Positions 1 through 9,651 of a stretch of 64,000 bases of DNA are shown piece after piece. The stretch covers positions 2,400,001 through 2,464,000 of the forward strand of contig OY782781.1 of assembly GCA_963678315.1 (NCBI GenBank), given 5' to 3'. A program made the translations under genes and the position numbers. The first letter of the stretch is position 1. Each line of letters starts with the position of its first letter. The stretch comes from Candidatus Cloacimonadales bacterium. Lineage in GTDB: Bacteria; Cloacimonadota; Cloacimonadia; Cloacimonadales; JAFGVF01. The notes under the pieces are model-generated. The model did not search any database. It was given only the letters and a program-made list of their open reading frames with translations, and had not been told where the DNA came from.

Positions 1-101
1 TGTTTATTTTCAACACTAACATATAGTTATATAGAATTATAGTTACAAAAGCTCAAATATCTATTTTTGTCAATTTTTTTCATAATTTATTATATAGTCT
101 T

Positions 102-1334
102 TTATTCTTTCCATTCTAATGCCACCTTTTTCCCCCTATATTCATTAACTAACTGTAGTATAACAAAGCCAACTATGAAGAAAGGGATTACTGTTAGTAT
201 TGAATATCGGATATCGCCAGTCCATTTTTTTACAAGTCCAAACAAGAGAGGACCAACAATTGCTGACATTCTACCCGTAACATTGTAGAAGCCAAAGAAT
301 TCAGCATGTTTTGTAGCTGGAGTTAAGGAGGCAAGCATTGCTCTGCTGTTAGCTTGAGTTGACCCAATAGCAAATCCTGCTAGAAGTATTACAGCATAAT
401 AATCTTTCTTTGATGGAGATAAGAATGCCCATACTATTACCGCAAGCCAGATTAATAGACAAATTGATAATGTTTTATTATGTCCAATTTTATCAGCAAT
501 AAATCCAAAGATGAAAGCTCCCAGTACTGAAGTTATTTGGGCAAATATGAAAACTTGTATAGATTCAGAAATATCCATGCCGTAGCGTTCTTGGCCATAA
601 ATCATTGTAAAACCAATAGCCGTTGCAATGGCATCATTATATAAGAAATAGGAGAGCAAGAAGTTTCGTAGGTCTCTGAAGCTTCTTATAGATTTAAATG
701 AACTAACTATTCTCTGATAGGCAATTCTAAAGTAGTTAGATCTTTTAGAAGGCCTTTTAAACTCTTTCAATAGAACAAAGGTAATTATAGCAATAGAGCC
801 ATAAAATACTCCGACCATGGGAAAAACAAATCTTGTCATTCCTGCTTTATGGAGGCCAAGTGCAGCAAACAATGAAACTAAACCACCAACATAACCAAAT
901 GCCCAACCAAAACCTGAGACTTTTCCAAGGTGTTCAGGCTCTGCTATTTCTGGTAAAAAGGAATCATAAAATACATTTGCCGAATGGAAGCCAAAGTTTG
1001 CCAGTATGAAAAATAACATACCTGTAAATATAGAGCCAGGTCCCACAAATCCTAAAAGTAGGGTAAATATAACAGATAAATAAGTATTATAAAATAAGAA
1101 CTTCTTTTTAGCTCTTGAAAAATCTGCTATAGCACCAAAGATTGGAGCAGAGATGGCCACCATAAACATTGAGATAGCTAGACATATTCCCCACAAGAAG
1201 CTTCCGTCAGCCCTATCCCCTACAACCTGATTTTTAAAATATACACTATAGACCACTGTAACAATGATAGTTGTAAAGGAAGAATTAGCAAAATCATAAG
1301 CCATCCATCCAAAAATATTTTTAGTCATTTTCAC
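102..1334 (-). CDS. MFS transporter, UMF1/ATG22-like family
   Basis: 410 aa, about 12 hydrophobic segments; N-terminal 'WMAYDFANSSF' and 'GAIAD' motifs typical of UMF1-family MFS. Confidence 0.85.
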   Translation of the reverse strand: MKMTKNIFGWMAYDFANSSFTTIIVTVVYSVYFKNQVVGDRADGSFLWGICLAISMFMVAISAPIFGAIADFSRAKKKFLFYNTYLSVIFTLLLGFVGPGSIFTGMLFFILANFGFHSANVFYDSFLPEIAEPEHLGKVSGFGWAFGYVGGLVSLFAALGLHKAGMTRFVFPMVGVFYGSIAIITFVLLKEFKRPSKRSNYFRIAYQRIVSSFKSIRSFRDLRNFLLSYFLYNDAIATAIGFTMIYGQERYGMDISESIQVFIFAQITSVLGAFIFGFIADKIGHNKTLSICLLIWLAVIVWAFLSPSKKDYYAVILLAGFAIGSTQANSRAMLASLTPATKHAEFFGFYNVTGRMSAIVGPLLFGLVKKWTGDIRYSILTVIPFFIVGFVILQLVNEYRGKKVALEWKE

Positions 1335-2400
1335 TATTCGACATTTCCTCTTCTAATTGAATTTCCTGAAAGTTGAATTTCTTATACACACTTGTATTTG
1401 GTGTTGCTATCAAAATTTGATGACTATTATCTAATAAACTAAAAATTTTATCTACTCTTTCAGAATCTAACTCAGAAAGAGCATCATCAAAAATAATCAT
1501 TGGAGCAATATCTTGACTATCTTGAATCATTCTTAACTGAGCAAATCTCATAGCAATTGCTAGTGAACGCTTCTGACCTTGAGAAGAATATCGCTTTGCT
1601 AAAAAGCCATTTATTTTTAATTCATATTCGTCAAGATGAGGACCGATTACAGACCTTCCATTATCAAATTCATCCTGCTTATGTTTCTTTAAATATTCAC
1701 TTATATAGTCTTTTTCATAAACTAGCTTGTTATGAGCACTATAATCAATCTCTATAGACTCTTGAGCATCAGTAATCGTATTTAATATTTCTTCAGTAAA
1801 TTGAACAAATTTATTTAAATAATTAATCCGATAATCATAAACTTCTATTGATTTTTCGATAAATTTTTGAGTCCATATATCATAAGCAGACATATCATTA
1901 TTGCTTTTTAAGATAGTATTTCTTTGTTCTAAAAGCCTATAGTAATCACGAATTGTTTCACTATACATGATTGATGTTTGGGTTATTGCCTGATCGAAAA
2001 AAGATCTTCGCTTCAATCTTGTTCCATTTATCAGCCATATATCTTCAGCTGAGAAATACACAACTCTTACATAACTATATAGACTCGAGATTCTTGAAAT
2101 TGGCTCACTATTTAATTTTATTTTCTTTTTATTGTTGCTGAAGTCTATACTAAAATTGTAGTCTTGCTGATTATTTCGAAAAATTGCCCTGATTTTAAAC
2201 TGTTTTTCGTCAAAATTTATCAAATCAGAATCTACAGATTGTTTAACTGATTTGCCAAAAGCAGAATAACAAATAGCCTCCAGAAGGTTGGTTTTTCCAA
2301 TACCATTTTTACCGGTTATAATACAACCTTCTGGAGAAAACTTAAAAGATTTTGCTCTATAATTTCTATAATTTTCTAATCTAATTTCTTTTATATACAC
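1321..2400 (-). CDS. recF: DNA replication/repair protein RecF
   Basis: Walker A GKNGIGKTN, 'GPHLDE', 'SQGQKR', 'DDALSELD'; GTG start overlaps the dnaN stop. Confidence 0.95.
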   Translation of the reverse strand: MYIKEIRLENYRNYRAKSFKFSPEGCIITGKNGIGKTNLLEAICYSAFGKSVKQSVDSDLINFDEKQFKIRAIFRNNQQDYNFSIDFSNNKKKIKLNSEPISRISSLYSYVRVVYFSAEDIWLINGTRLKRRSFFDQAITQTSIMYSETIRDYYRLLEQRNTILKSNNDMSAYDIWTQKFIEKSIEVYDYRINYLNKFVQFTEEILNTITDAQESIEIDYSAHNKLVYEKDYISEYLKKHKQDEFDNGRSVIGPHLDEYELKINGFLAKRYSSQGQKRSLAIAMRFAQLRMIQDSQDIAPMIIFDDALSELDSERVDKIFSLLDNSHQILIATPNTSVYKKFNFQEIQLEEEMSNSEND

Positions 2401-3548
2401 TAATTTCTAGATATTCTTAAAGGCATTAACAGATATCTTAACAATTCTCCATCAGCATCTTTTTCATTATAGAATAATGCTGGTTTCTTTGGATCGCCAA
2501 GACATATTTTAACATTTTCGGTATCTATACAATCCAATATAGAAGTTAAGAATTTAAAGTTGAAAGCTATATTTATGTCATCACCAGTGTATTTTATTCC
2601 ATTAATACACTCTGTAGCTCCCCCTTTTTCATCGTTAGATGTTGATAGTTCTAGAGATGAGCCCTTTATGTTGAACAATATTTTAAAACTATCTGTAGGA
2701 GCGAGTAATGAGATTCTCTTTATTGCTTGTCTTAATTGATTTTTATCTAGAAGCAATTCATTTGGTAATGATTCAGGGAATACTTTTGTGTAATCAGGGA
2801 ACTTACTGTTAATCAAATGAGAGAATATTATAAAGTTTCTATATTGGAAAATAACTCTGTTCTGACCGATTTCAGCTTTAAGAACATTTCCCTCTTCATT
2901 GATTATTTTTTGTAAGAAGTTTATACCACCTGTAGGTAAAACTATTTTTATCATATCAGTCTTTTCGTCTTCGCTGTCCTTGAGCTCAATTGGACTAGTT
3001 TCAATTGACATTTGGGCTATCTTCTTACTATCTGTGGCAACCATAGTTTGCTTATTAGAAGTAATTTCCCATAATATTCCTGAAAATACAGATTGATGTT
3101 GTTCTCTAGATACTGCCACAATTGTCTTATTAATCATTTTAATAAATTCATTTGCTTTAAAATTTATAGCATTATCGAATTTAGCTTCTGGGATTAATGG
3201 GAAATTAGAATATTCAGATAAGTTCAAGGTAAAATCGATATTCTGACAGTGAATCTTTAGTAAATCATTTTCAGTCGCAAATGATATTTGCTGATTAGGT
3301 AATACAGCCACGATCTCATTTAGTTCTTTTGCTGTTATAGCAATTGTTCCTGCTTCCATAACAGTAGCATTGAATGTTACTATTACCGTAATTTTTAGGT
3401 CTGTAGTTGTTATCTTTACAATGTTCTCCATTTCATTAGCTTCGATTAAGTAATTAGTCAATATTGGCATTGTATTCTTTGTAGGAACTACATGTGATAG
3501 ATGCTGTATATTAGATAACAAATCTTCTTTATCTATTAAAAATTTCAT
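2400..3548 (-). CDS. dnaN: DNA polymerase III beta sliding clamp
   Basis: 382 aa; 'KNTMPILTN', 'VATDSKK', 'FPDY', C-terminal 'YLLMPLR'; directly upstream of recF. Confidence 0.95.
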   Translation of the reverse strand: MKFLIDKEDLLSNIQHLSHVVPTKNTMPILTNYLIEANEMENIVKITTTDLKITVIVTFNATVMEAGTIAITAKELNEIVAVLPNQQISFATENDLLKIHCQNIDFTLNLSEYSNFPLIPEAKFDNAINFKANEFIKMINKTIVAVSREQHQSVFSGILWEITSNKQTMVATDSKKIAQMSIETSPIELKDSEDEKTDMIKIVLPTGGINFLQKIINEEGNVLKAEIGQNRVIFQYRNFIIFSHLINSKFPDYTKVFPESLPNELLLDKNQLRQAIKRISLLAPTDSFKILFNIKGSSLELSTSNDEKGGATECINGIKYTGDDINIAFNFKFLTSILDCIDTENVKICLGDPKKPALFYNEKDADGELLRYLLMPLRISRN

Positions 3549-3765
3549 TATTTCCCCTTTATTATCTTTATATATTTATTTAAATTAAATTTGTTTTCAT
3601 CTTATATCAAGTCAAGGAAAATATCTAATTTCTGCATTGGAGTATTTTAAGTATGCCCTTATCAAGCTTCTGCGTTAGTAAACATTTTATAACAGAAACT
3701 AGAAAGAAAATCCCGCTTATAGATAAGTTACTTATATTCTTTCCATCTTCCGAATAAAAGCCACC

Positions 3766-4052
3766 CTTACTTGCCTCCTTGAAAAAAAGCCGATTTTTCA
3801 AGGAGACCCTTAAGGAAGGAGTTAGGACATACTGGGAACGCCTGCTGCTAGAAGTGAGGAGTTAGATGGAGTGAATTGTAGAGACGAACGGCCGTTAGTC
3901 TAACCCCGAAGGGGTGGCATATACTAAGCATGGAGGCTTGCCCTCCATGTAATAGTTAAAAAATAAAAAAAGCCCTGAAAGGGCGACATAAAGGCTAAGC
4001 TTTATCTGCAAATAGAGAATTTTACCACGAAAAGCACGAATAACACGAAAAA
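3766..4052. repeat. Cluster of REP-like palindromes and short repeats
   Basis: CTTACTTGCCTCCTTGAAAAAAAGCCGATTTTTCAAGGAG (3766-3805, also at 57745 inverted); GTAGAGACGAACGGCCGTTAGTCT (3878-3901); ACCCCGAAGGGGT; CATGGAGG..CCTCCATG; GCCCTGAAAGGGC; CACGAAnAn x3 (4026-4052). Confidence 0.6.
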
Positions 4053-4243
4053 CAGTCAAATTATTTAGGACTGGACAAGTGTAAGCATCCACCGATAGGT
4101 TGAAGAAAATTCATGCTTACGCAACCCCTTAATACTTGTCAGATTAGCTTAGATAGATGGCCAAACTACTAAATAAAAAAAGCACTGACCAACTTGGGGG
4201 TGTCAGCCAGTGCCTAGGAGTTATTATTCAGCAGGGGAATATT

Positions 4244-5161
4244 TTAAAATCTTTTCTGGTAACTATGACAATAAGGCAGGCTTCCTTTCTTATCATAATA
4301 ATCTTGATGATAGTTCTCAGCTTTATAAAAATCTTCTGCTTTTATTAATTCAGTAGCAATATCATAGCCTTTGTTTTCTAGAATTTGGATTAATTTGTTA
4401 GTGATGTTCTTTTCTTCTTTGTTGTTGTAGAAAACAACTGATTTGTATTGTTGTCCAATATCTGGACCTTGCCCATTTACTTGAGTTGGATCATGGATTT
4501 CAAAGAAATACATAGCCAGTTCTTCAAAAGATATTTTGCTAGGATTATATACAACCTTAGTTGTTTCTATGTGACCAGTATCACCTCTTACTACTTCATA
4601 ATAGCCAGGATTCTTTACATGGCCTCCCATAAAGCCAACTTCTGTTGAAATTACACCCTCTTTCTTTTGAAAAAGGTATTCTACTCCCCAAAAGCAACCA
4701 CCTGCAAAATAAGCAGTAGCCTCTTCTTCAGAAACAGGAGTAAAGTTCATTGAAATAGAATTTACACAATGCCTTGTATTCTTTTCAGTGAAACCTTCTC
4801 CCCGGAAAACATGCCCTAAATGAGCCCCACAGTTAGCGCAAACTATTTCTGTTCTAATACCATCAGCATCAGGAATTTCTTTTACCTTTCCTTCAATAGC
4901 ATCATCAAAGCTAGGCCAGCCACATCCTGAAGAGAATTTTGTATCTGAATCAAACAGTTCTTGACCACACTTCTTACATGTGTAGGTTCCATCAGCATAA
5001 AAGTTGTTGTATTGACCAGAATAAGGCATCTCTGTACCCTTGTTCTCTATGACTCTTCTTTCTTCTGCTGTCAGTTCATTATATTCTATATTATTAGTCT
5101 CTTTACTTACAATCATCATCACTCCTAATAGTAGGAGAAAAACTATTATTAAAGCTTTCAT
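4244..5161 (-). CDS. msrAB: Bifunctional methionine sulfoxide reductase (MsrB-MsrA order), exported
   Basis: MsrB motifs CxxC, 'SGCGWPSF', 'HLGHVF', 'RHCVNS'; MsrA motif 'FAGGCFWG'; N-terminal hydrophobic signal. Confidence 0.95.
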   Translation of the reverse strand: MKALIIVFLLLLGVMMIVSKETNNIEYNELTAEERRVIENKGTEMPYSGQYNNFYADGTYTCKKCGQELFDSDTKFSSGCGWPSFDDAIEGKVKEIPDADGIRTEIVCANCGAHLGHVFRGEGFTEKNTRHCVNSISMNFTPVSEEEATAYFAGGCFWGVEYLFQKKEGVISTEVGFMGGHVKNPGYYEVVRGDTGHIETTKVVYNPSKISFEELAMYFFEIHDPTQVNGQGPDIGQQYKSVVFYNNKEEKNITNKLIQILENKGYDIATELIKAEDFYKAENYHQDYYDKKGSLPYCHSYQKRF

Positions 5162-5231
5162 CTTCTCCTCCGTTAGAATTATAATAATCTATTTTGCAGA
5201 AAGAGCAAATACCTTTTTTCTATCAAGCTAT

Positions 5232-6488
5232 TTAATTTATTTTATGGCCTATAAGTTCAATTCTGAATCTACTACCTTTATCTCGTTCACTATCCACCTT
5301 TATTGTAGCATTCATTTTATTTAGAAATTCTTTAGTTAGAATCAAACCTATTCCAGCACTTGATTCTCCATCGGTGCCTACCTTATGTTCTTCGTTATAA
5401 CTGAATAAGTTGTTTATTACATTTTGACTCATTCCGGTTCCACTATCTTCAATTATAATTACTTGTTTATCATTCTCAAGAAAAACTTGAATACGAATCT
5501 TACCTTGTTTACTGTTATACTTAATAGCATTAGAAATTAAGTTTCTAATAACAACTGTTATCATATTTTCATCAACACTTGTAAATGCTTGTAGACTTTC
5601 ATAGTTTTTTATTACTTCGATACTCTTGAGCCTTAGATGCTGTTTGAAATAGAACAAAACTTTTTCAATAACATTGATAACATCAACTATTTTCATTTCA
5701 GGATCTAACTGAAGAATATCATTTTTAGACCATGAAAGCAGATTTTCAAGTGTTTCATAGGAGGTAGATGCAGATTGACCTAAAGAAGATAAGATCTGCT
5801 TCAGACGATAATTATCATAAGAATCTAAGTCTTCAATGATAAGCTTTATAAATTCACTAATTGTGCCTATACTACCTCTAATGTCATGTGAAATCAGAGA
5901 TAAGAACTTTGATTTAGTATTGTTTGCTCTTTGCAATTCGAGATTCCTATCCTTTAAATCAATATTAAGGATTGTTACATTCAAGTCATTTTCAATATGT
6001 TGCTTCAGTTGATTAAGTAAATCTTCAAAGTCCTTATTATACTTGTTTTCTTTATTATCAAGAAAACAAACGGTACCAAAGACTTCTCCATCTGGCCAAT
6101 TAAGAGGAAAACCAAGATAGGATACCATATTTAAGCCAATATCAGGATTATTTTGGCTCCAGACACTGCTTTTTCTAGCATCAGCAACAAGAAGTTTTTG
6201 CTGACTACCAATAACTGTTTCACAATACAAACCATATACTAAATCAGCTTTCTCTCCTCTTTCATAAGGGTTTCCTTCAGTATTACTTTTCAAAAAAACT
6301 TCAATTGTATCCTCATTCAGTTTCATAATCAGACCAGAAGGTACTCCTACAATTCTAGCAGCTGTATCAATCAATGATTGCCATTTGTTAATTATAGACT
6401 CTTCAATTTCTGGCTTCAGCAATGAACTAATTCTTACTTGTTTAACTTGATTCTTGTCTCGAATATTAACTCTTGAATATCGTTCCAT
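5232..6488 (-). CDS. GAF-domain sensor histidine kinase
   Basis: GAF ('SYLGFPLNWPDGEVFGTVC'), H-box 'ISHDIRG', 'NLISNAIKY', 'DSGTG', 'GIGL'. Confidence 0.9.
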   Translation of the reverse strand: MERYSRVNIRDKNQVKQVRISSLLKPEIEESIINKWQSLIDTAARIVGVPSGLIMKLNEDTIEVFLKSNTEGNPYERGEKADLVYGLYCETVIGSQQKLLVADARKSSVWSQNNPDIGLNMVSYLGFPLNWPDGEVFGTVCFLDNKENKYNKDFEDLLNQLKQHIENDLNVTILNIDLKDRNLELQRANNTKSKFLSLISHDIRGSIGTISEFIKLIIEDLDSYDNYRLKQILSSLGQSASTSYETLENLLSWSKNDILQLDPEMKIVDVINVIEKVLFYFKQHLRLKSIEVIKNYESLQAFTSVDENMITVVIRNLISNAIKYNSKQGKIRIQVFLENDKQVIIIEDSGTGMSQNVINNLFSYNEEHKVGTDGESSAGIGLILTKEFLNKMNATIKVDSERDKGSRFRIELIGHKIN

Positions 6489-6862
6489 AAGTAAAAAATC
6501 CTTATCTTGTATTGTGGGTTAAAATTTAATTGTTTGCGAGTTAAAGATTCAGTTCAGTAACTAAGCACATACATGAGATTTAGAAGTTATCTTTTTCATC
6601 CTTATATTCAAGGATAATTTTAACTATTTACTTAGATATATTATAAAGTAATTCTTTGCATAAAGCAAGTTAACACAGTATTTTTCTTTTTGCTTCTTTA
6701 GTTTAACCCATCTAATACATAGAGTTTCTAGTATAGTACTTATTATTTGGGTTTAAGTTGGATATATATCTTAATGAACTTTTTTATTGACAATAGAACT
6801 TATTTAACTATGATTAGATAAAGTCTATGGAAAATAACATATAATGAATAAAAGGAGTTTGC

Positions 6863-8740
6863 ATGAATAAGATTTTAATTAAATTTGTATTATTAACTTT
6901 ATTACTATTAACGATTTTAGCTTGTAGCACTGATGACAACTCTACAGAACCAAGCAATTACTTAGAACTTGATATCCCAGATGATTTTAACTGGACTAAT
7001 CTAGATTATATCAATGTTAATGTTACTATTAACAGTAATAATAGCTCCGAAAAGTTTCTTGTTTATGTAAAACATGGTGATAAAACTCTTGCCCATAACT
7101 TTACTCAAAACAACCAGCTTTCTATGAATGTTAATTCAATTAAAGAGTATGACCAATTAGAAGTGACTTGTCCAAGGCTTAAATATTCAGCTTCAATTAG
7201 TACATCTCAAAAAGAGCATAATATAACAATTGATAATCCTTTTGAAAGTAAATTTAACTATGCAACAAATGTTGATCCATACTTCGAAGATGAACTTAAA
7301 ACAGATACTTCCGAATTTGAGACTATTGATGGCATTTCACCTTACATGATAGCTTCTTTCATGGATAACAGTAATATTTATGTTCCTAGTCAGGTTCCTC
7401 AAGCAAATACTGGTTGGTATAAATATAAATACACTGCAGACCAAAGTGCTATTGGTGATATCCAGATAAAAAATGATGGTATTCTTAACTATGTTGAACT
7501 TGGAGTTAATCATATTCTAATGCAAACTATTGATGTAGAAGGTTACTCATACTTCAATGAAAATTTAGAAGGTAGAGTTCTTGATAATACTGCTGACATA
7601 GATGATTGTCCTAATGGGGCTTATATGTCTATGTTCTATATATTCATGGACGAGAATTATAATTATTTAAGTTCATTCCCATGGCCACCATGGTCTTATT
7701 CAGATTCAGATAGATTTTATTCTGACAGAACAGAAAACGATTTAGATAACGCTAAATATATTACTATTATTGGTCAATATAATGGTCCTACTGGTTCAGT
7801 TAGACTAGATAACTGGCTAGATACATTCTACAACGCAGAAGCTACTAATGGCGATGCTGATGGTGATGGAGTAATTGATAGTGAAGATATGTATCCTTAT
7901 GATGCTAACTATGCAGGAAGAATTGACATTCCTGGTGGTTTCATGATGTTTGAAGACCTCTGGCCTGACAAGGGTGATTACGACTTTAATGACTTATATC
8001 TTTATATCTCTGACTGTCAATTCACTACTAATAGTGAAAACAAGATTACGCATTTAGATGTATATTACCGCATTCTAAAATATGGAGCTAGCTTACATAA
8101 TGGTCTAGGTTTAAGAATAATAGACGCTAATGGTAGTGGCGATGACATAACTTATCAAACAATTGATACTGGAAATATGATTGAATCAGCTATAGGCTAC
8201 TCATTACCAGGAGATTGGCAAGCAGACGAACAAGGAAACTGGAATGAAGTAGCTAACGGAGATTGGAGCCATATGGTCTACAAAGATCCATTTGCTAACA
8301 ATAGTGTTATTCTAATTCATGATATAGCAAATATGGACCTTGATTCTAATACTGGAGCAAGTATTAGAATTAAATTTGACCCAACTCAGGAACAGCCTGT
8401 AAATCCAATCCCAGACTTCTTCTTATTTAGAAGCTCAAACCGTCATCACGAAATACATCTAGCTCACTACCCACCTACAAATGGTGTTGATATGGCTTTA
8501 TTTGGAAGTGGTGTTGATTCATCAATGGATCCTGAAGGAAATTGGTACAAGACTTCTGATAATTACCCTTGGGCTCTTTTCTTCTCTAATGATTCATGGG
8601 TACCTGCACCAAAAGAGAATATTCCAATCTTTGAAGCTTATCCTGACTTCTCAGGCTGGGTTACTTCTGGTGGTGAAAACTATCAAAACTGGATTAACAA
8701 TTATGATTCAGAACTAACAGAAAATCCTTGGAGTAAATAA
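6863..8740 (+). CDS. LruC/DUF4842-domain lipoprotein
   Basis: lipobox 'ILAC'; 'DADGDGVID', 'FEDLWPDKGDYDFND', 'EIHL', 'YPWAL', 'AYPDFSGWVTSGG'. Confidence 0.8.
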   Translation: MNKILIKFVLLTLLLLTILACSTDDNSTEPSNYLELDIPDDFNWTNLDYINVNVTINSNNSSEKFLVYVKHGDKTLAHNFTQNNQLSMNVNSIKEYDQLEVTCPRLKYSASISTSQKEHNITIDNPFESKFNYATNVDPYFEDELKTDTSEFETIDGISPYMIASFMDNSNIYVPSQVPQANTGWYKYKYTADQSAIGDIQIKNDGILNYVELGVNHILMQTIDVEGYSYFNENLEGRVLDNTADIDDCPNGAYMSMFYIFMDENYNYLSSFPWPPWSYSDSDRFYSDRTENDLDNAKYITIIGQYNGPTGSVRLDNWLDTFYNAEATNGDADGDGVIDSEDMYPYDANYAGRIDIPGGFMMFEDLWPDKGDYDFNDLYLYISDCQFTTNSENKITHLDVYYRILKYGASLHNGLGLRIIDANGSGDDITYQTIDTGNMIESAIGYSLPGDWQADEQGNWNEVANGDWSHMVYKDPFANNSVILIHDIANMDLDSNTGASIRIKFDPTQEQPVNPIPDFFLFRSSNRHHEIHLAHYPPTNGVDMALFGSGVDSSMDPEGNWYKTSDNYPWALFFSNDSWVPAPKENIPIFEAYPDFSGWVTSGGENYQNWINNYDSELTENPWSK

Positions 8741-8763
8741 ACTATTCTAAAGAAATAAACATT

Positions 8764-8790
8764 AAGAGGTACTAGTCCATAGTACCTCTT
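8764..8790 (+). terminator. Hairpin / probable intrinsic terminator
   Basis: AAGAGGTACTA-5nt-TAGTACCTCTT perfect stem after the LruC gene. Confidence 0.6.
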
Positions 8791-8814
8791 TCATAATATA
8801 AGGAGAATATCAAA

Positions 8815-9591
8815 ATGACTTATGCAAGTCTTATTGTTGAACAAAATTATCATATAGGAACAATAACCCTAAACAGGCCAAAAGAATTAAATACTTTTAC
8901 TACTAAACTAGCTATTGAGCTTAATCAAGCTTTCTTAGAGTTAGATGATGCTAAGAATATTAGAGTAATCTTGGTAAAAGGTGCAGGAAAACACTTCTGT
9001 GCAGGTATTGATTTGAATGAGTTTCCTGGTAAAAATGTTATAGAATATAAGAAATGGATTGAAGTTATGGAACGCCCTTTAATAACTATCAGTAAATTAA
9101 GCAAACCTGTTATTGTTCAAGTACAAGGTGTAGCAGCAGCTAATGGTGCAGGTCTGGTTGCCGCTGCTGACTTAGCAATCCTATCCAACAAAGCAAAAAT
9201 CGGATTAACTGCAATTAATGTTGGTTTGAATTGTGTAGGACCAGTTGTCCCTATTGCAAAATCTATTGGTAGAAAAAAGGCTCTTGAAATGCTTCTCTTT
9301 GGTGATCTTATTAATGCTGAAGAAGCACTTAAAATGGGACTTGTGAACAAAGTTGTTGAGCATGATAACTTAGAATCTGAAGCTATGCAATGGGTTAATA
9401 AGCTTGCTGAGAAAAGTCCAATAGCTCTTCAAATTGCCAAAAGTGCTTACTATGCAGCTGAAAACCTTGATTATGAAAAATCCTTTAAATTTATGAATGA
9501 AGCATTTGCAAGCCTTTGTACTACAGAAGATGCTAATGAAGGTATTGATGCTTTTAAAAATAAACGTAAACCTGTTTGGAAATTGAAATAG
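8815..9591 (+). CDS. Enoyl-CoA hydratase/isomerase family protein
   Basis: 'TLNRP', 'FCAGIDL', 'KPVI', 'AEEALKMGLVN', 'EGIDAFKNKRKP'. Confidence 0.92.
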   Translation: MTYASLIVEQNYHIGTITLNRPKELNTFTTKLAIELNQAFLELDDAKNIRVILVKGAGKHFCAGIDLNEFPGKNVIEYKKWIEVMERPLITISKLSKPVIVQVQGVAAANGAGLVAAADLAILSNKAKIGLTAINVGLNCVGPVVPIAKSIGRKKALEMLLFGDLINAEEALKMGLVNKVVEHDNLESEAMQWVNKLAEKSPIALQIAKSAYYAAENLDYEKSFKFMNEAFASLCTTEDANEGIDAFKNKRKPVWKLK

Positions 9592-9600
9592 AATACTTAA

Positions 9601-9626
9601 GTAGCGGCGTTATTCTGCGCCGCTAC
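9601..9626. terminator. Hairpin between convergent genes
   Basis: GTAGCGGCG...CGCCGCTAC stem. Confidence 0.6.
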
Positions 9627-9651
9627 AATTACATATATAGAATTTATCATT

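Noticed and set aside
3895..4092. 65-aa ORF
   Set aside because: Runs through REP-like palindromes; no protein features
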